This document shows, one piece after another, positions 9,829 through 19,395 of a DNA stretch of 64,000 bases. Source of the DNA: Candidatus Eiseniibacteriota bacterium (lineage in GTDB: Bacteria > Eisenbacteria > RBG-16-71-46 > SZUA-252). The DNA lies in the NCBI GenBank assembly GCA_963703225.1, contig OY969801.1, positions 3,040,001 to 3,104,000 on the forward strand, in the 5' to 3' direction. The position numbers and the translations under genes are program-made. Below the pieces are notes generated by a model. It worked only from the letters and a program-made list of their open reading frames with translations, ran no database searches and was not told the origin of the DNA. How positions within the stretch are numbered: position 1 is the stretch's first letter; every line of letters starts with the position of its first letter.

Positions 9829-10365
9829 ATGCAGCCGACGCTGACCACCGAACGCCTCCTGCTGCGGCCATTCGACCTGGGGGACGCCCAAACCGTCCAG
9901 CAGCTCGCGGGCGACCGCGCCATCGCGGATACAACCCTCATGATCCCGCATCCATATCCAGACGGCGTCGCCGAGGAGTGGATCGCCACCCACGCGCCGC
10001 GCTACGCGGACGGAACGCTGGCCACCTTCGCGATCACGCTCAGGGGCAACGGATCCTTGGTTGGAGCGATCGGTCTGATGGTGGCGCCGGCCGACGCTCG
10101 CGCGGAGCTCGGCTATTGGGTGGCCGTGCCCCATTGGGGCCGCGGCATCGCCACAGAGGCGGGCCGTGCGGTCGTCCATTTCGGATTTGAGACGCTGCGA
10201 CTCCATCGCATCCAGGCGCGCCACCTGACGCGTAATCCTGCGTCAGGCCGGGTCCTCGCCAAGCTCGGCATGCGACTCGAGGGCGTTCACCGCCACGCGT
10301 TTCGCAAATGGGACGTCTTCGAGGACGCCGCCATGTATGCGATCCTCTCTACCGATGGCGCGTGA
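9829..10365 (+). CDS. RimJ/RimL-type GNAT N-acetyltransferase
   Basis: TERLLLRPF, AELGYW..HWGRGIATEA, NPASGRVLAKLGM. Confidence 0.92.
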   Translation: MQPTLTTERLLLRPFDLGDAQTVQQLAGDRAIADTTLMIPHPYPDGVAEEWIATHAPRYADGTLATFAITLRGNGSLVGAIGLMVAPADARAELGYWVAVPHWGRGIATEAGRAVVHFGFETLRLHRIQARHLTRNPASGRVLAKLGMRLEGVHRHAFRKWDVFEDAAMYAILSTDGA

Positions 10366-10504
10366 CCTCTCAGGAACGATTCGAGATCGTCACCCTGAAT
10401 CCATCGGGGTCGGTAACGGTGAACCCCCCTCCTGTTGCTAACGGTTGCGTTCGATGACCCTACAAAGATACCCTCCGAACATGGGGCCAGAATCCTCATC
10501 ATGG

Positions 10505-11020
10505 ATGAGGCGTGAGAGACTCACCCAAACCCTTCTCGTCGGGCTGCTCGGCTCCGTCACCTTCATCGGTGCCTGTGCACCAGGCCAAAACACCGCATCG
10601 GTGAAGGCCGCGCTGGAACAGCGCTACGAGCAGAACCGTACCGCCTTCCTGACGCGCGACTCCAGTGCCGTCATGCGCCTCCGGCACCCGGATTTTCACG
10701 CGATCGACTCCCGCGGGCAGAAACTGTCCTATCCGGATTTTGCCATTCGAACTGGGCTCATGCTGCGGGTCATTGAGCGATTCGATACGTTGACCTTTCA
10801 CATCAACTCCCTGACCGTGCGCGGTGACACGGCCATCGCCATGGTGCGACAGCGCACCGTGCGGAAACAGCGATTGGCGGATGGCGCAAGCCACGTGCTG
10901 CAGACCGGGTCGGTGCAGAGAGAGTGGTGGGTGCGGACGGGAGACGGGTGGCTGATGTGGTATGTCGATCAGGTGAGGCCGGACCCGGTGGTGGTGGATG
11001 GTCGCGCACGAATCCCCTGA
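10505..11020 (+). CDS. NTF2-like (DUF4440) lipoprotein
   Basis: Lipobox IGAC; VRGDTAIA, EWWVRTGDGW. Confidence 0.7.
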   Translation: MRRERLTQTLLVGLLGSVTFIGACAPGQNTASVKAALEQRYEQNRTAFLTRDSSAVMRLRHPDFHAIDSRGQKLSYPDFAIRTGLMLRVIERFDTLTFHINSLTVRGDTAIAMVRQRTVRKQRLADGASHVLQTGSVQREWWVRTGDGWLMWYVDQVRPDPVVVDGRARIP

Positions 11021-11120
11021 GGCCGCGTAAGGCACCGTAACGCTTCGCTGCGGCGGGCCCCGGCCTCCGCTAGAATCAGGCGCTCGGTGCTGGAACTACC
11101 CCGAACTGGAGGTCGCCGCC

Positions 11121-11771
11121 ATGGATCCCTCGGCCTTGCCCGCCTCACAAGGTCGGACTCCGCTCGATCTGGCGGAGGTCTTTGCGTTCCTGATCGTCAT
11201 GCTCGGCCCTCTCAAGCTCCTCGGTCCATTCGCCCTCGCGACGCAGGACCTGAGCAAGCCGGAGCGAAGGCGGCTTGCGCTCGAGGCGACCGCGGTCTCC
11301 ACGATCGCCGTACTTGCGGGTGGTTTCGTGGGCCGTGAGCTGCTCGTCAAGTGGCACGTGTCCTTGCCTGCCCTCATGCTCGGGGCCGGCCTGGTGTTCC
11401 TGCTGGTAGCCCTCCGCCTCGTGCTTAACCAGTATGAGCCCCAGGCCCCGCCCCCATCGGGTCCCCCCACCAAGCCGAACGGTCTCCGCTTCGCGTTTCC
11501 GCACGTCGTCACGCCATACGGGATCGCCGCGGTGATCATATTCATGACGACCGGTGACAGTAGGCGAACCCTCGGGCTCATCGTGCTGATTGTCGCCATC
11601 ATGCTGCTCAATCTGCTCGCCATGCTGTTCGTACGTCCGATTCTGCGAACCCTCGGACTACCGCTTCAGGTCTTGGCTGCGGTGCTCGGTGTGGTGCAGA
11701 TCGCTCTTGCCGTGCAGATCATCTTGACTGCGCTGCGTGCCGCGAACGTGATCGCGGCGCCGGCCCCTTGA
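11121..11771 (+). CDS. MarC family membrane protein
   Basis: LGPLKLLGPF, FPHVVTPYGIAAVI; about six TM segments; SD GGAGG. Confidence 0.85.
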   Translation: MDPSALPASQGRTPLDLAEVFAFLIVMLGPLKLLGPFALATQDLSKPERRRLALEATAVSTIAVLAGGFVGRELLVKWHVSLPALMLGAGLVFLLVALRLVLNQYEPQAPPPSGPPTKPNGLRFAFPHVVTPYGIAAVIIFMTTGDSRRTLGLIVLIVAIMLLNLLAMLFVRPILRTLGLPLQVLAAVLGVVQIALAVQIILTALRAANVIAAPAP

Positions 11772-11787
11772 CACCTACGGAGGACCC

Positions 11788-12144
11788 ATGCACTACGTCG
11801 ATGGCTACGTCTTACCGGTACCTAAGAAGAACATCCAGGCCTACCGCCGTCTCGCCGCGAAGGCGGGCAAGATTTGGCGCGAGTACGGCGCCCTCGAGTA
11901 CAGAGAGTGCGTCGGCGACGACCTCAATCTGAAGTTCGGGGTTCCGTTTCCGCGGAGGATCAAGGCGAAACGGGGCGAGACGGTTGTGTTCTCGTGGATC
12001 GTCTTTCAGTCGCGAGCGCATCGCGATCGCGTGAATGCCATGGTGATGAAAGACCCGCGCGTCGCCAACATGGATCCGAAGAAGATGCCATTCGACTTTA
12101 GGCGGATGGTCTGCGGCGGATTCAAGGTTCTGGTCGACGCTTGA
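11788..12144 (+). CDS. DUF1428 protein
   Basis: YVDGYVLPVP, ETVVFSWI, MPFDFRRM.CGGF. Confidence 0.92.
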   Translation: MHYVDGYVLPVPKKNIQAYRRLAAKAGKIWREYGALEYRECVGDDLNLKFGVPFPRRIKAKRGETVVFSWIVFQSRAHRDRVNAMVMKDPRVANMDPKKMPFDFRRMVCGGFKVLVDA

Positions 12145-12196
12145 GCGCCGGGCGCACGGGTCCGATTCCACGGGCGGGCGGCCCCGGCGAGTCTCC

Positions 12197-12535
12197 ATGA
12201 AGCGATGGGTGGAGATCCGTTCGTATAACCTAAAACCCGGCCATCGTGACGAGTTTCATCGGCTCGTTCTGGAGAAGTCTCTTCCCTTGCTCCACCGGTG
12301 GGGGGTGGATGTGGTTGATTTCGGCCCGTCCCCCCATGACGCGGACTCCTACTACCTGATTCGCGCGTATGGGAGCCTGGCCGATCGTGAATCAAGCGAA
12401 GAGGCATTCTATGGGAGCCCCGATTGGCGCCAGGGGCCCCGAGAAGAAATCATGCCCTTGATCGACAGCTACACCTCCATCGTTCTTGAATTGGATAGAG
12501 GAGCGGTCGACGCGCTCCGACGGGCCGCGCGATGA
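12197..12535 (+). CDS. NIPSNAP family protein
   Basis: EIRSYNLKPG, YYLIRAY, FYGSPDWRQGPRE. Confidence 0.88.
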   Translation: MKRWVEIRSYNLKPGHRDEFHRLVLEKSLPLLHRWGVDVVDFGPSPHDADSYYLIRAYGSLADRESSEEAFYGSPDWRQGPREEIMPLIDSYTSIVLELDRGAVDALRRAAR

Positions 12536-12978
12536 AAGCGCTGCGGGCGATCCTGACGGGCGGCATCGTCGCCGGCACGCTCGATATCGTCGCCGCCATT
12601 ACGATCTACGCCGTCCGGGGCGTCAGCCCCGTACGAATTCTGCAATCGATCGCGAGCGGACTTTTCGGTCGCGCGGCTTTCGCAGGCGGAGCCAGAACCG
12701 CCGCGCTCGGCCTGTTTCTCCAATTCTTCATCGCGACGGTTGCCACGGCCGCCTACTACGTGGCGAGCCGGAAGTGGAAGGCGTTGATCCATCGGCCCAT
12801 TCTCTATGGAGCGCTGTACGGAGTCGCGGTCTACGCGTTCATGAACTACGTCGTGCTTCCCCTCTCGGCCGTTGCCAAACGCCCCTTCGTGCTCAGCACG
12901 GCGGTTCTCATGGTCGCGGTCCACATCGTCTGCGTCGGCATCCCGATCGCGCTCGCGGTTCGACGTTCCGAGCCGTAG
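12532..12978 (+). CDS. membrane protein (4 TM)
   Basis: AGTLDI, LQSIASGLFG, MNYVVLPLS. Confidence 0.75.
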   Translation: MKALRAILTGGIVAGTLDIVAAITIYAVRGVSPVRILQSIASGLFGRAAFAGGARTAALGLFLQFFIATVATAAYYVASRKWKALIHRPILYGALYGVAVYAFMNYVVLPLSAVAKRPFVLSTAVLMVAVHIVCVGIPIALAVRRSEP

Positions 12979-13069
12979 CGGCGAACCCGCCAGAGGAGTA
13001 AACTCTCTCCCGAAGCCCCTGGCCTACCACGGGCATCGATCCGCCAAACTTCCTGCAAGGAGCGCCACC

Positions 13070-13390
13070 ATGAACGAGGCTGCAACGTCCACCAGCGCCG
13101 CGCGCGACCAGCTCGTGGCCGACATGAAGGCGGTCATCGTCGACGCCGAGGAACTCTTGAAGGCGACCGCCGGCGCCGCCGGCGAACGGGTGGGTGCCGC
13201 CCGCGCCCGGGCCGAGGAAACGCTCAGGGCCGCCAAGACCAAGCTGTCCGAGTTCGACCACGCCATGATCGACCAGGCCAAGGACGCGGCAAAGGCGACC
13301 GACGAATACGTGCGCGAGCATCCGTGGGGCGCGGTGGGAATCGCCGCGGTGGCGGGGCTCCTGGTCGGCGTCATGGTCGCACGGCGCTAA
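13070..13390 (+). CDS. yqjD: DUF883 (YqjD/ElaB) family protein
   Basis: DAEELLKATA, YVREHPWGAVGIAA C-terminal anchor; SD AAGGAG. Confidence 0.9.
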   Translation: MNEAATSTSAARDQLVADMKAVIVDAEELLKATAGAAGERVGAARARAEETLRAAKTKLSEFDHAMIDQAKDAAKATDEYVREHPWGAVGIAAVAGLLVGVMVARR

Positions 13391-13399
13391 CGGCCGGCG

Positions 13400-13795
13400 A
13401 TGAGCACCGACCCCGACGCTCCTCGAGTACGCGGCTTGATGGGCTCGATACGCCGACTCATCAGTAACGCCTTAGGCCTGCTCCAAACGCGCCTCGAGAT
13501 CCTCTCCCTCGACATCACCGAGGAGCGTTTCAATCTCGCCCGGATGCTGATCGTGACTCTCTGCGTCCTGTGCTGCTTCCAGGCTGGGGTGTTCCTCGCG
13601 GTGCTCTTCGCGGTGCTCTCCGTCGCGACCCCCGACCGGCTCCCGGCGATCGGAATCGCCGCACTCGTCCTCTTGCTCATGGCGCTGGTCGGCACGCTCT
13701 GGCTCTGGCGGTGGCTGAAGACCCGGCCGCCGCTCTTCGCGGGGACGATCGCGGAGCTTCAAAAGGATCGCGATCGGCTCGGGGGCAAGAAGTGA
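13400..13795 (+). CDS. yqjE: YqjE holin-like family membrane protein
   Basis: LQTRLEIL, two TMs, TIAELQKDR; follows yqjD. Confidence 0.85.
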   Translation: MSTDPDAPRVRGLMGSIRRLISNALGLLQTRLEILSLDITEERFNLARMLIVTLCVLCCFQAGVFLAVLFAVLSVATPDRLPAIGIAALVLLLMALVGTLWLWRWLKTRPPLFAGTIAELQKDRDRLGGKK

Positions 13796-14094
13796 GCCGC
13801 AAGCGCGAGACGCTCCGTGCCCGACGCGCGGAGCTGGTCGCTGAGGCCGCCGCCCAGCGGGAAGAGATCGCCCGTGGGTTCGGAGGCTGGAGGAAGACCT
13901 TCGATGGCGTCGACCGAGTCCTCGAAATCGTGGGCCGCGCGAAGCGGCTTTCCCCCGTGCTGGGAGTCGGCGTTGGCCTGGTGGCCCTTCTGGCCACTCG
14001 CTCCGGCAGGGCCCGCGGCTTGTTCCGGGGCGCGACGACTGCCTGGCGCTCGACACGCTCGGCCCTCCGCTTCGTGTCCGGCCTTCGCCGCTGA
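13792..14094 (+). CDS. yqjK: YqjK-like protein
   Basis: GTGA overlap; LRARRAELVAEAAAQREEI; third position of the yqjDEK arrangement. Confidence 0.75.
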   Translation: MSRKRETLRARRAELVAEAAAQREEIARGFGGWRKTFDGVDRVLEIVGRAKRLSPVLGVGVGLVALLATRSGRARGLFRGATTAWRSTRSALRFVSGLRR

Positions 14095-14124
14095 GGTCCC
14101 AGCCCCGTTCCGGCGGGGCCCGCC

Positions 14125-14661
14125 ATGCCGACCGATACCGTGCTCGTCAACCGCGCTCCCGTGATGACCCTTTGGGCGGCCATCGTCGCCGAACGGCTCG
14201 GATATGGACACGAGACCGCGCTGACGCTGGGCAAGGCGGTCGCCGGACTCAACGCGCAGTCCAAGGGACGTCGCCTTGGAATTTACGGGGAGGGTGCGCC
14301 GGTCACGCCGGGGCGCGGAGCCAAAGAGCCCGCAAAGCCGATCGCCGATATGGTTCATCTCCTCGGGCGCGAGGTGCCCGTGGTCCGGACACCGGAGGGC
14401 GAGCGGGCGGCCGTGAAAGGGCGAGTCGAGAACCCGGCCAGCGTTCAGCGGTACCTGGAGCAGAAATTCGGTGAGGCGCTCCCAAGGGTCGAGTCGGCGA
14501 TGCGTGCCCTCGCTAAGACCTATCCGCCCAAACGACTTGAAGAGATCGCGTTCTCGCTCTATGAGGAGTTCCGACCACGGATTCCGGAGGGCGCGAAGGG
14601 CTGGGGCGTCAAAGGGCGGCTGGACCTGAGCCATCTGCGCGAGATGTCACGTTCGACTTGA
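14125..14661 (+). CDS. hypothetical protein
   Basis: NRAPVMTLWAAIVAERLG...LYEEFRP...KGWG; globular-looking ORF that fills the gap. Confidence 0.75.
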   Translation: MPTDTVLVNRAPVMTLWAAIVAERLGYGHETALTLGKAVAGLNAQSKGRRLGIYGEGAPVTPGRGAKEPAKPIADMVHLLGREVPVVRTPEGERAAVKGRVENPASVQRYLEQKFGEALPRVESAMRALAKTYPPKRLEEIAFSLYEEFRPRIPEGAKGWGVKGRLDLSHLREMSRST

Positions 14662-14689
14662 GGGTGCCTCCTGGGCTACTCTCGCGCGC

Positions 14690-15160
14690 ATGTATCTCCT
14701 CCTCAAACTCCTTCACGTGGCCGCGGTCATCGCGTTTCTCGGCAACATCACGACCGGCCTCTTCTGGCATGCCCACGCCGCTCGCACGCGCGACCCCAAG
14801 CTCCTCGCCCACACGATGGACGGCATCATCCGAAGCGACCGTCTCTTCACAGTTCCTGGCGTCATCGTCATTCTCCTCACCGGCGTCGCCGCCGCGATGC
14901 ACGGCCACCTTCCCATTCTCCGCACCGGCTGGATACTCTGGACCCTCGTGCTATTTTCCGTGTCGGGGATCATCTTCATGGGTCGGGTGGTGCCGCTTCA
15001 ACGACAGCTTCGCACGCTCGCGGAGGGCGGCACGCAATCCGGGACATTCGACTACGCCCGCTACCATGCCCTCGCCGTTCAATGGGAGGTGTGGGGTGGC
15101 GTGGCCCTGCTGACGCCGGTGGTCGGACTCGCATTGATGGTGCTCAAACCACACTTGTAG
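14690..15160 (+). CDS. DUF2269 family membrane protein
   Basis: MYLLLKLLHV..FLGN, LMVLKP C-terminus. Confidence 0.85.
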   Translation: MYLLLKLLHVAAVIAFLGNITTGLFWHAHAARTRDPKLLAHTMDGIIRSDRLFTVPGVIVILLTGVAAAMHGHLPILRTGWILWTLVLFSVSGIIFMGRVVPLQRQLRTLAEGGTQSGTFDYARYHALAVQWEVWGGVALLTPVVGLALMVLKPHL

Positions 15161-15181
15161 CGGACTGACGCAGGGGGTGAC

Positions 15182-15289
15182 ATGAATGCCGATGGTGCCG
15201 GCTCGGTTTCCGGATTCTCCTGGAACTCTGGTGGCTGGTTCGGCTCGCAGGTCGGCTGGATAACGCACCCCAGGGAGAAGCGCGGATGA
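15182..15289 (+). other. 35-aa small ORF or gene remnant
   Basis: SD-like AGGGGGTG; MNADGAGSVSGFSWNSGGWFGSQVGWITHPREKRG; stop overlaps the next ATG. Confidence 0.4.
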
Positions 15290-15768
15290 GCTCTCGATTC
15301 GCGCTCGCCATTCTCGCTTTGACCCTTATCCCCGCCTGCGTCACGCGGACGATCTCCTCGGCCGTGGGAACGCTGGAGGTCAAGGCCGCCGTCGACTCGC
15401 TCTGGACCGGTTACGCGCACGCCTCGGATCGGAAGGACGCGGCGGCTTTCGGCGCCCTCTTCGCCGAGGACGCCACCCTGGTCTACTCCGGCGCGCCCAC
15501 CCAGCGGGGGCGCGAGGAAATTCAACAGTTCCTCGTAGCGCTCTACGCCGACATCGATCCCACGGGATTGCGCATCGAGCCCGAGGAGACCAAGGTCACC
15601 GGCTCGCTGGCCGTCCAGAGCGGAGCATTCCAGGAGAGCTTCAATGAGAAAGGGGTCCCCAAGACCGAATACGGCCGTTTCGCCCTCGTCGCGGAGCAGC
15701 AGGACGACCGGTCCTGGAAGATCCACCGTCTCGTGGCGATCGCCGATTCCACCACGGCGTCCCCGTAG
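15286..15768 (+). CDS. SnoaL/DUF4440 NTF2-like lipoprotein
   Basis: Lipobox IPAC; LFAEDA, GREEI, SWKI. Confidence 0.82.
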   Translation: MSSRFALAILALTLIPACVTRTISSAVGTLEVKAAVDSLWTGYAHASDRKDAAAFGALFAEDATLVYSGAPTQRGREEIQQFLVALYADIDPTGLRIEPEETKVTGSLAVQSGAFQESFNEKGVPKTEYGRFALVAEQQDDRSWKIHRLVAIADSTTASP

Positions 15769-15814
15769 CTCGCGTGACCGGAGCCCTCACCGCCAATCCG
15801 CTCGGTAGCGCCCC

Positions 15815-16906
15815 ATGGCATCGCTGACCCTCACCGCGCTCTCCCTCACCTACCCGAATAAGACCCGCGCGGTCGACGAGATCCATCTCGCGATCGCGGA
15901 CGGCGAGTTCCTCGCGATCCTGGGACCATCGGGGTGCGGGAAGTCGTCTCTTCTGCGACTTGTCGCGGGTCTCGAAACGCCGACATCGGGCGCGATCGCG
16001 ATGGACGGCAGAGACGTGACCTCGCTCGAGCCCAAGGAGCGCGACGTGGCGATGGTATTCCAGGGGCTCGCGCTCTATCCCCACATGACCGTCGCCGAAA
16101 ACATGGCCTTCGGACTCATGGCTCGCCGCACGCCGACCGATGAGATCGACCGGCGCGTGCGTGAGGCCGCCGATACGCTCGGGCTCACGCCCCACCTCGA
16201 GAAGCGGCCGCGCGAGCTTTCGGGCGGGGAGCGGCAGCGCGTCGCGCTGGGCCGCGCGCTGGTGCGGCGCCCGAAGATCTTCCTCTTCGACGAGCCGCTC
16301 TCGAGTCTCGACGCGCAGCTCCGCCAGGAGCTTCGCGAGGAGCTGGCGCGCCTTCACCACATCACCCGCACCACCTCGATCTACGTCACGCACGACCAGA
16401 AGGAAGCGCTCTCGCTGGGCGACAAGGTGGCGGTCATGAAAGGGGGCAAACTGCGCCAGCTCGCGACGCCGGAGGACGTCTACCGCAATCCCCACGATCT
16501 CTTCGTGGCGCGATTTGTCGGTGAGCCCGCGATCAACCTCATCCAAGGAGAGGTCGCCTCCGAGGGAGGCGGCGCGACGTTCCGCGCTCCCGGCTTCCGC
16601 ATGAATCTCAACGGACGGGACGGGCCCCCGGGGCCGGCGACGCTGGGACTCCGCGCCGAGGCGGTCGCGATCGTCCGCACGGAGGCGGGCGAAGCTCCGG
16701 ATGCGTCCAGCGGCCATCTCCGTGCGACGGTCGACCGGGTGGAACACTTGGGCGGCGAGACGTTGGTCCACCTGCACGGAGAGTGGGGCGGCCTGGTCGT
16801 TCGAGCGGCGCACGCCGAGGCGGCGCCCTCACCCGGTACTCACGTCACCCTTAAGCCCGACCCAGCACGCGCGCTCCTCTTCGATCCTTCCGGGGCGCGG
16901 GTCTAG
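15815..16906 (+). CDS. MalK/UgpC-type ABC transporter ATP-binding protein
   Basis: GPSGCGKS, LSGGERQR, FDEPLS, YVTHD; C-terminal TOBE-like region. Confidence 0.95.
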   Translation: MASLTLTALSLTYPNKTRAVDEIHLAIADGEFLAILGPSGCGKSSLLRLVAGLETPTSGAIAMDGRDVTSLEPKERDVAMVFQGLALYPHMTVAENMAFGLMARRTPTDEIDRRVREAADTLGLTPHLEKRPRELSGGERQRVALGRALVRRPKIFLFDEPLSSLDAQLRQELREELARLHHITRTTSIYVTHDQKEALSLGDKVAVMKGGKLRQLATPEDVYRNPHDLFVARFVGEPAINLIQGEVASEGGGATFRAPGFRMNLNGRDGPPGPATLGLRAEAVAIVRTEAGEAPDASSGHLRATVDRVEHLGGETLVHLHGEWGGLVVRAAHAEAAPSPGTHVTLKPDPARALLFDPSGARV

Positions 16907-17080
16907 CTTCCCGCGCATTTCCGTATGATACAATTCCCTGAATCGATACGCGCCACGAGCCCCCGATCCTCCCCCGGACCGGCTGCACCTCGCGACGTTC
17001 CAGCAGTCTCCAGCGCCATCCAGGAGGAGCCGTTGATTCGCGTCGATCAGCCCGCACCGAGACGTTGCAGCACCCGCCCC

Positions 17081-18815
17081 ATGCGCCGAATACCCGAAGT
17101 TCTCACGATGCTCGCGGCGTTGCTGCTGCCGGCGTTCTTCCTCCCGTCACCTGCTCTGGGTCAATGGGCGCTCCGAGACATGCTGAGTGGATTTGAGCCC
17201 CGGCCGAACGCGCCGCTCTTCGCGCCAGGCCAGCTCCTCGTCAAGTTTCCCGAAGCGACCTCCGTCGTCGACATCCAGCGCGCGGCGAGCGAAATGGGTG
17301 GAACGTTGGTCGAGATGGTCACGCCCGACGGGCTCGCCAAGGTTCGGCTCGATCCCTCCGCGGACGTCAAGGACGCGGTGCGGCAGTGGAGCCGCAGACC
17401 GGGCGTCGAGTACGCCGTTCCCAACCTCATCGCGCACACCTTCACCGTGCCGAACGATTCGCTTCTGGCGACGTTCGACCTCGGCTGGAATCTTCGTCAG
17501 ATCGGCGCCTATGACGCGTGGGACTTCGTGACCGCCGATCCGAGGATCGTGATCGCGATCGTCGACACCGGTGTCGCCTTCGAGGACTACGCGATCCCGG
17601 CCTACGAACTGCCAGTTCATCTGGCCCGGAACCACGATGTATCGCCGCTCGCCGGAGCTTCCGGGGCCGTTCGTGCCCGGGTGGGACTTCGTGTTCGATG
17701 ACGCCCACCCCGACGACGACAACGGGCACGGGACCTCGGTCGCGACGCTCGCGGCGGGGGCGGCCAACAACGTGGCGGGGGGCGCCGGGGTCGCGTTCGG
17801 CGCTTCGATACTCCCCGTCAAGGTCGTCGACTATCAGGGCGACGCCCAGAACGACGACGTCGTCCAAGGGATCCGGTTCGCGGCGGAACAAGGGGCGGAC
17901 ATCATCAATCTGAGCCTCGGATATCCGCCGCTCGGCCTCCTGCGCCTCAACGGGTGGACGGAGGAGCAAATCGACGCGGTCTTTATTCCTCTGCGCGACG
18001 CGGTCCGGTACGCACAACATCTCGGATCATTGATCGTCGCCTCCTCCGGAAACTTCGACGCGGACGAGGTCAGCCTTCCGGCCGGCTTCCCCGGCGTGAT
18101 CGCGGTGGGCGCGACCAATGTCGACGGCAGCCGCGCTTTCTACTCTTCGTTTGGGAAAGACCTCGATTTCATGGCGCCGGGCGGCGACTCCACGGAGTTG
18201 AACGGCGATCACATCCAGGACGACGTGTCCACGTTGAGCATCAAGCCGCACCGATCCGCGGGCTCGCTCGCGAAGCCCGATTCCTTCAATATTTTCTCCG
18301 CCGTCGGCACCTCAGAGTCGGCCCCGCACGTCTCCGGAGCGGTCGCCCTGCTGATGTCGGCGGGCGTGCGCGACGATAACTCGATCGTGCGCATCCTCCG
18401 CGAGACCTCGGTCAGCCCATTCTCCCGCTCGCAGTACTGGGAGCCCACGTTCGGATGGGGCGTCATCCAGGTGGACAAGGCGGTTCGAAGGACGGGCAGG
18501 AATCGGGGGACTCCTCGGTGGAAGCCGCTCGCGAGAGAGGGCGTCGTTTCCCAGGTGATCACCGCGAACCCGACGCGCGAGTTTGTCGAGGTGGAAGTGA
18601 GCGCGGCGCGGCCGGGCCCCCTGACGGCGCGGATTTATGACGTCCGAGGCGCGCTGGTCCGGACGATCGTGTCCGGCTCGATCCCGGCGGGGTCATCGAT
18701 CTTGCGGTGGGACGGCCGTGATGACCGCGGCGCGACGGCTTCGGCCGGCATCTACTTCTTCCGAATCGAGACGCCCACGGGCCGCGCGAGCCACAAGGTG
18801 GCATGGTTGCGCTGA
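17081..18815 (+). CDS. secreted S8 (subtilisin) serine peptidase with C-terminal FlgD-Ig-like domain (+1 frameshift near 17612)
   Basis: IVDTG, NGHGT, SSGN, GTSESAPHVSG; IYDVRGALVRT..WDGRDD.G...SAGIYF. Confidence 0.88.
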
Positions 18816-18895
18816 CGAGCGGGGGACGATAGAGTCGCACCGTCTCGATTAGGGTCGCGCCCGCGACCCTAAGCCCCGCGATCCAGGAGGATCCC

Positions 18896-19387
18896 GTGAG
18901 CCGCCCGAGAGCCCTGTACGTAGCATTCGCAGCCGTCGCCGCCTCACTCTTCTTCGTGCCGGCGCGCGCCGACGCCCAAGCCACCCCCGTTCCCACCGCG
19001 ACCGCGTCCGTCGGCGTCAAGGAAACCTCGCTCCAGCGGATCCAGAGGTACGTGGCCAAGATCAATCAGGAAGCCAGCACTCCCGAGGGCGAAGAGGCGG
19101 TCGTCGCTCGGCTCTCGCAGCAGCTCCACGTGCCCGCCGACTCGCTCCGCCAGCAGCACTCGAATTGGACGCTGGGCTACGGCGAGGTCGCGATGGTCTA
19201 CGGCTTCTCTCGCGCGAGCAAGAAGCCGGGCGTGACGCCCGACACGGTCGTCGCGATGCGACGCTCGGGCATGGAGTGGCAGGCGATCGGAAACGACCTG
19301 GGCGTGAAGGTCGACACGGTCGCGAGCAAGATGAAGAAGAACGTCGGGCCGACTCCCAAGCCCCAGCCCCAGCCGGAGCACAAGTAG
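18896..19387 (+). CDS. secreted hypothetical protein
   Basis: SD AGGAGG, signal peptide (ARADA), LGYGEVA / MRRSGMEWQAIGNDLGV. Confidence 0.75.
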   Translation: MSRPRALYVAFAAVAASLFFVPARADAQATPVPTATASVGVKETSLQRIQRYVAKINQEASTPEGEEAVVARLSQQLHVPADSLRQQHSNWTLGYGEVAMVYGFSRASKKPGVTPDTVVAMRRSGMEWQAIGNDLGVKVDTVASKMKKNVGPTPKPQPQPEHK

Positions 19388-19395
19388 CGGACGTC

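Noticed and set aside
11035..11057. attC-like start (CCGTAACGCTTCGCTGCGGCGG)
   Set aside because: No matching GTTRRRY end or paired L boxes, and it is not repeated between other genes
13400..13795. Prophage holin
   Set aside because: Part of the chromosomal yqjDEK arrangement; no phage genes in the window
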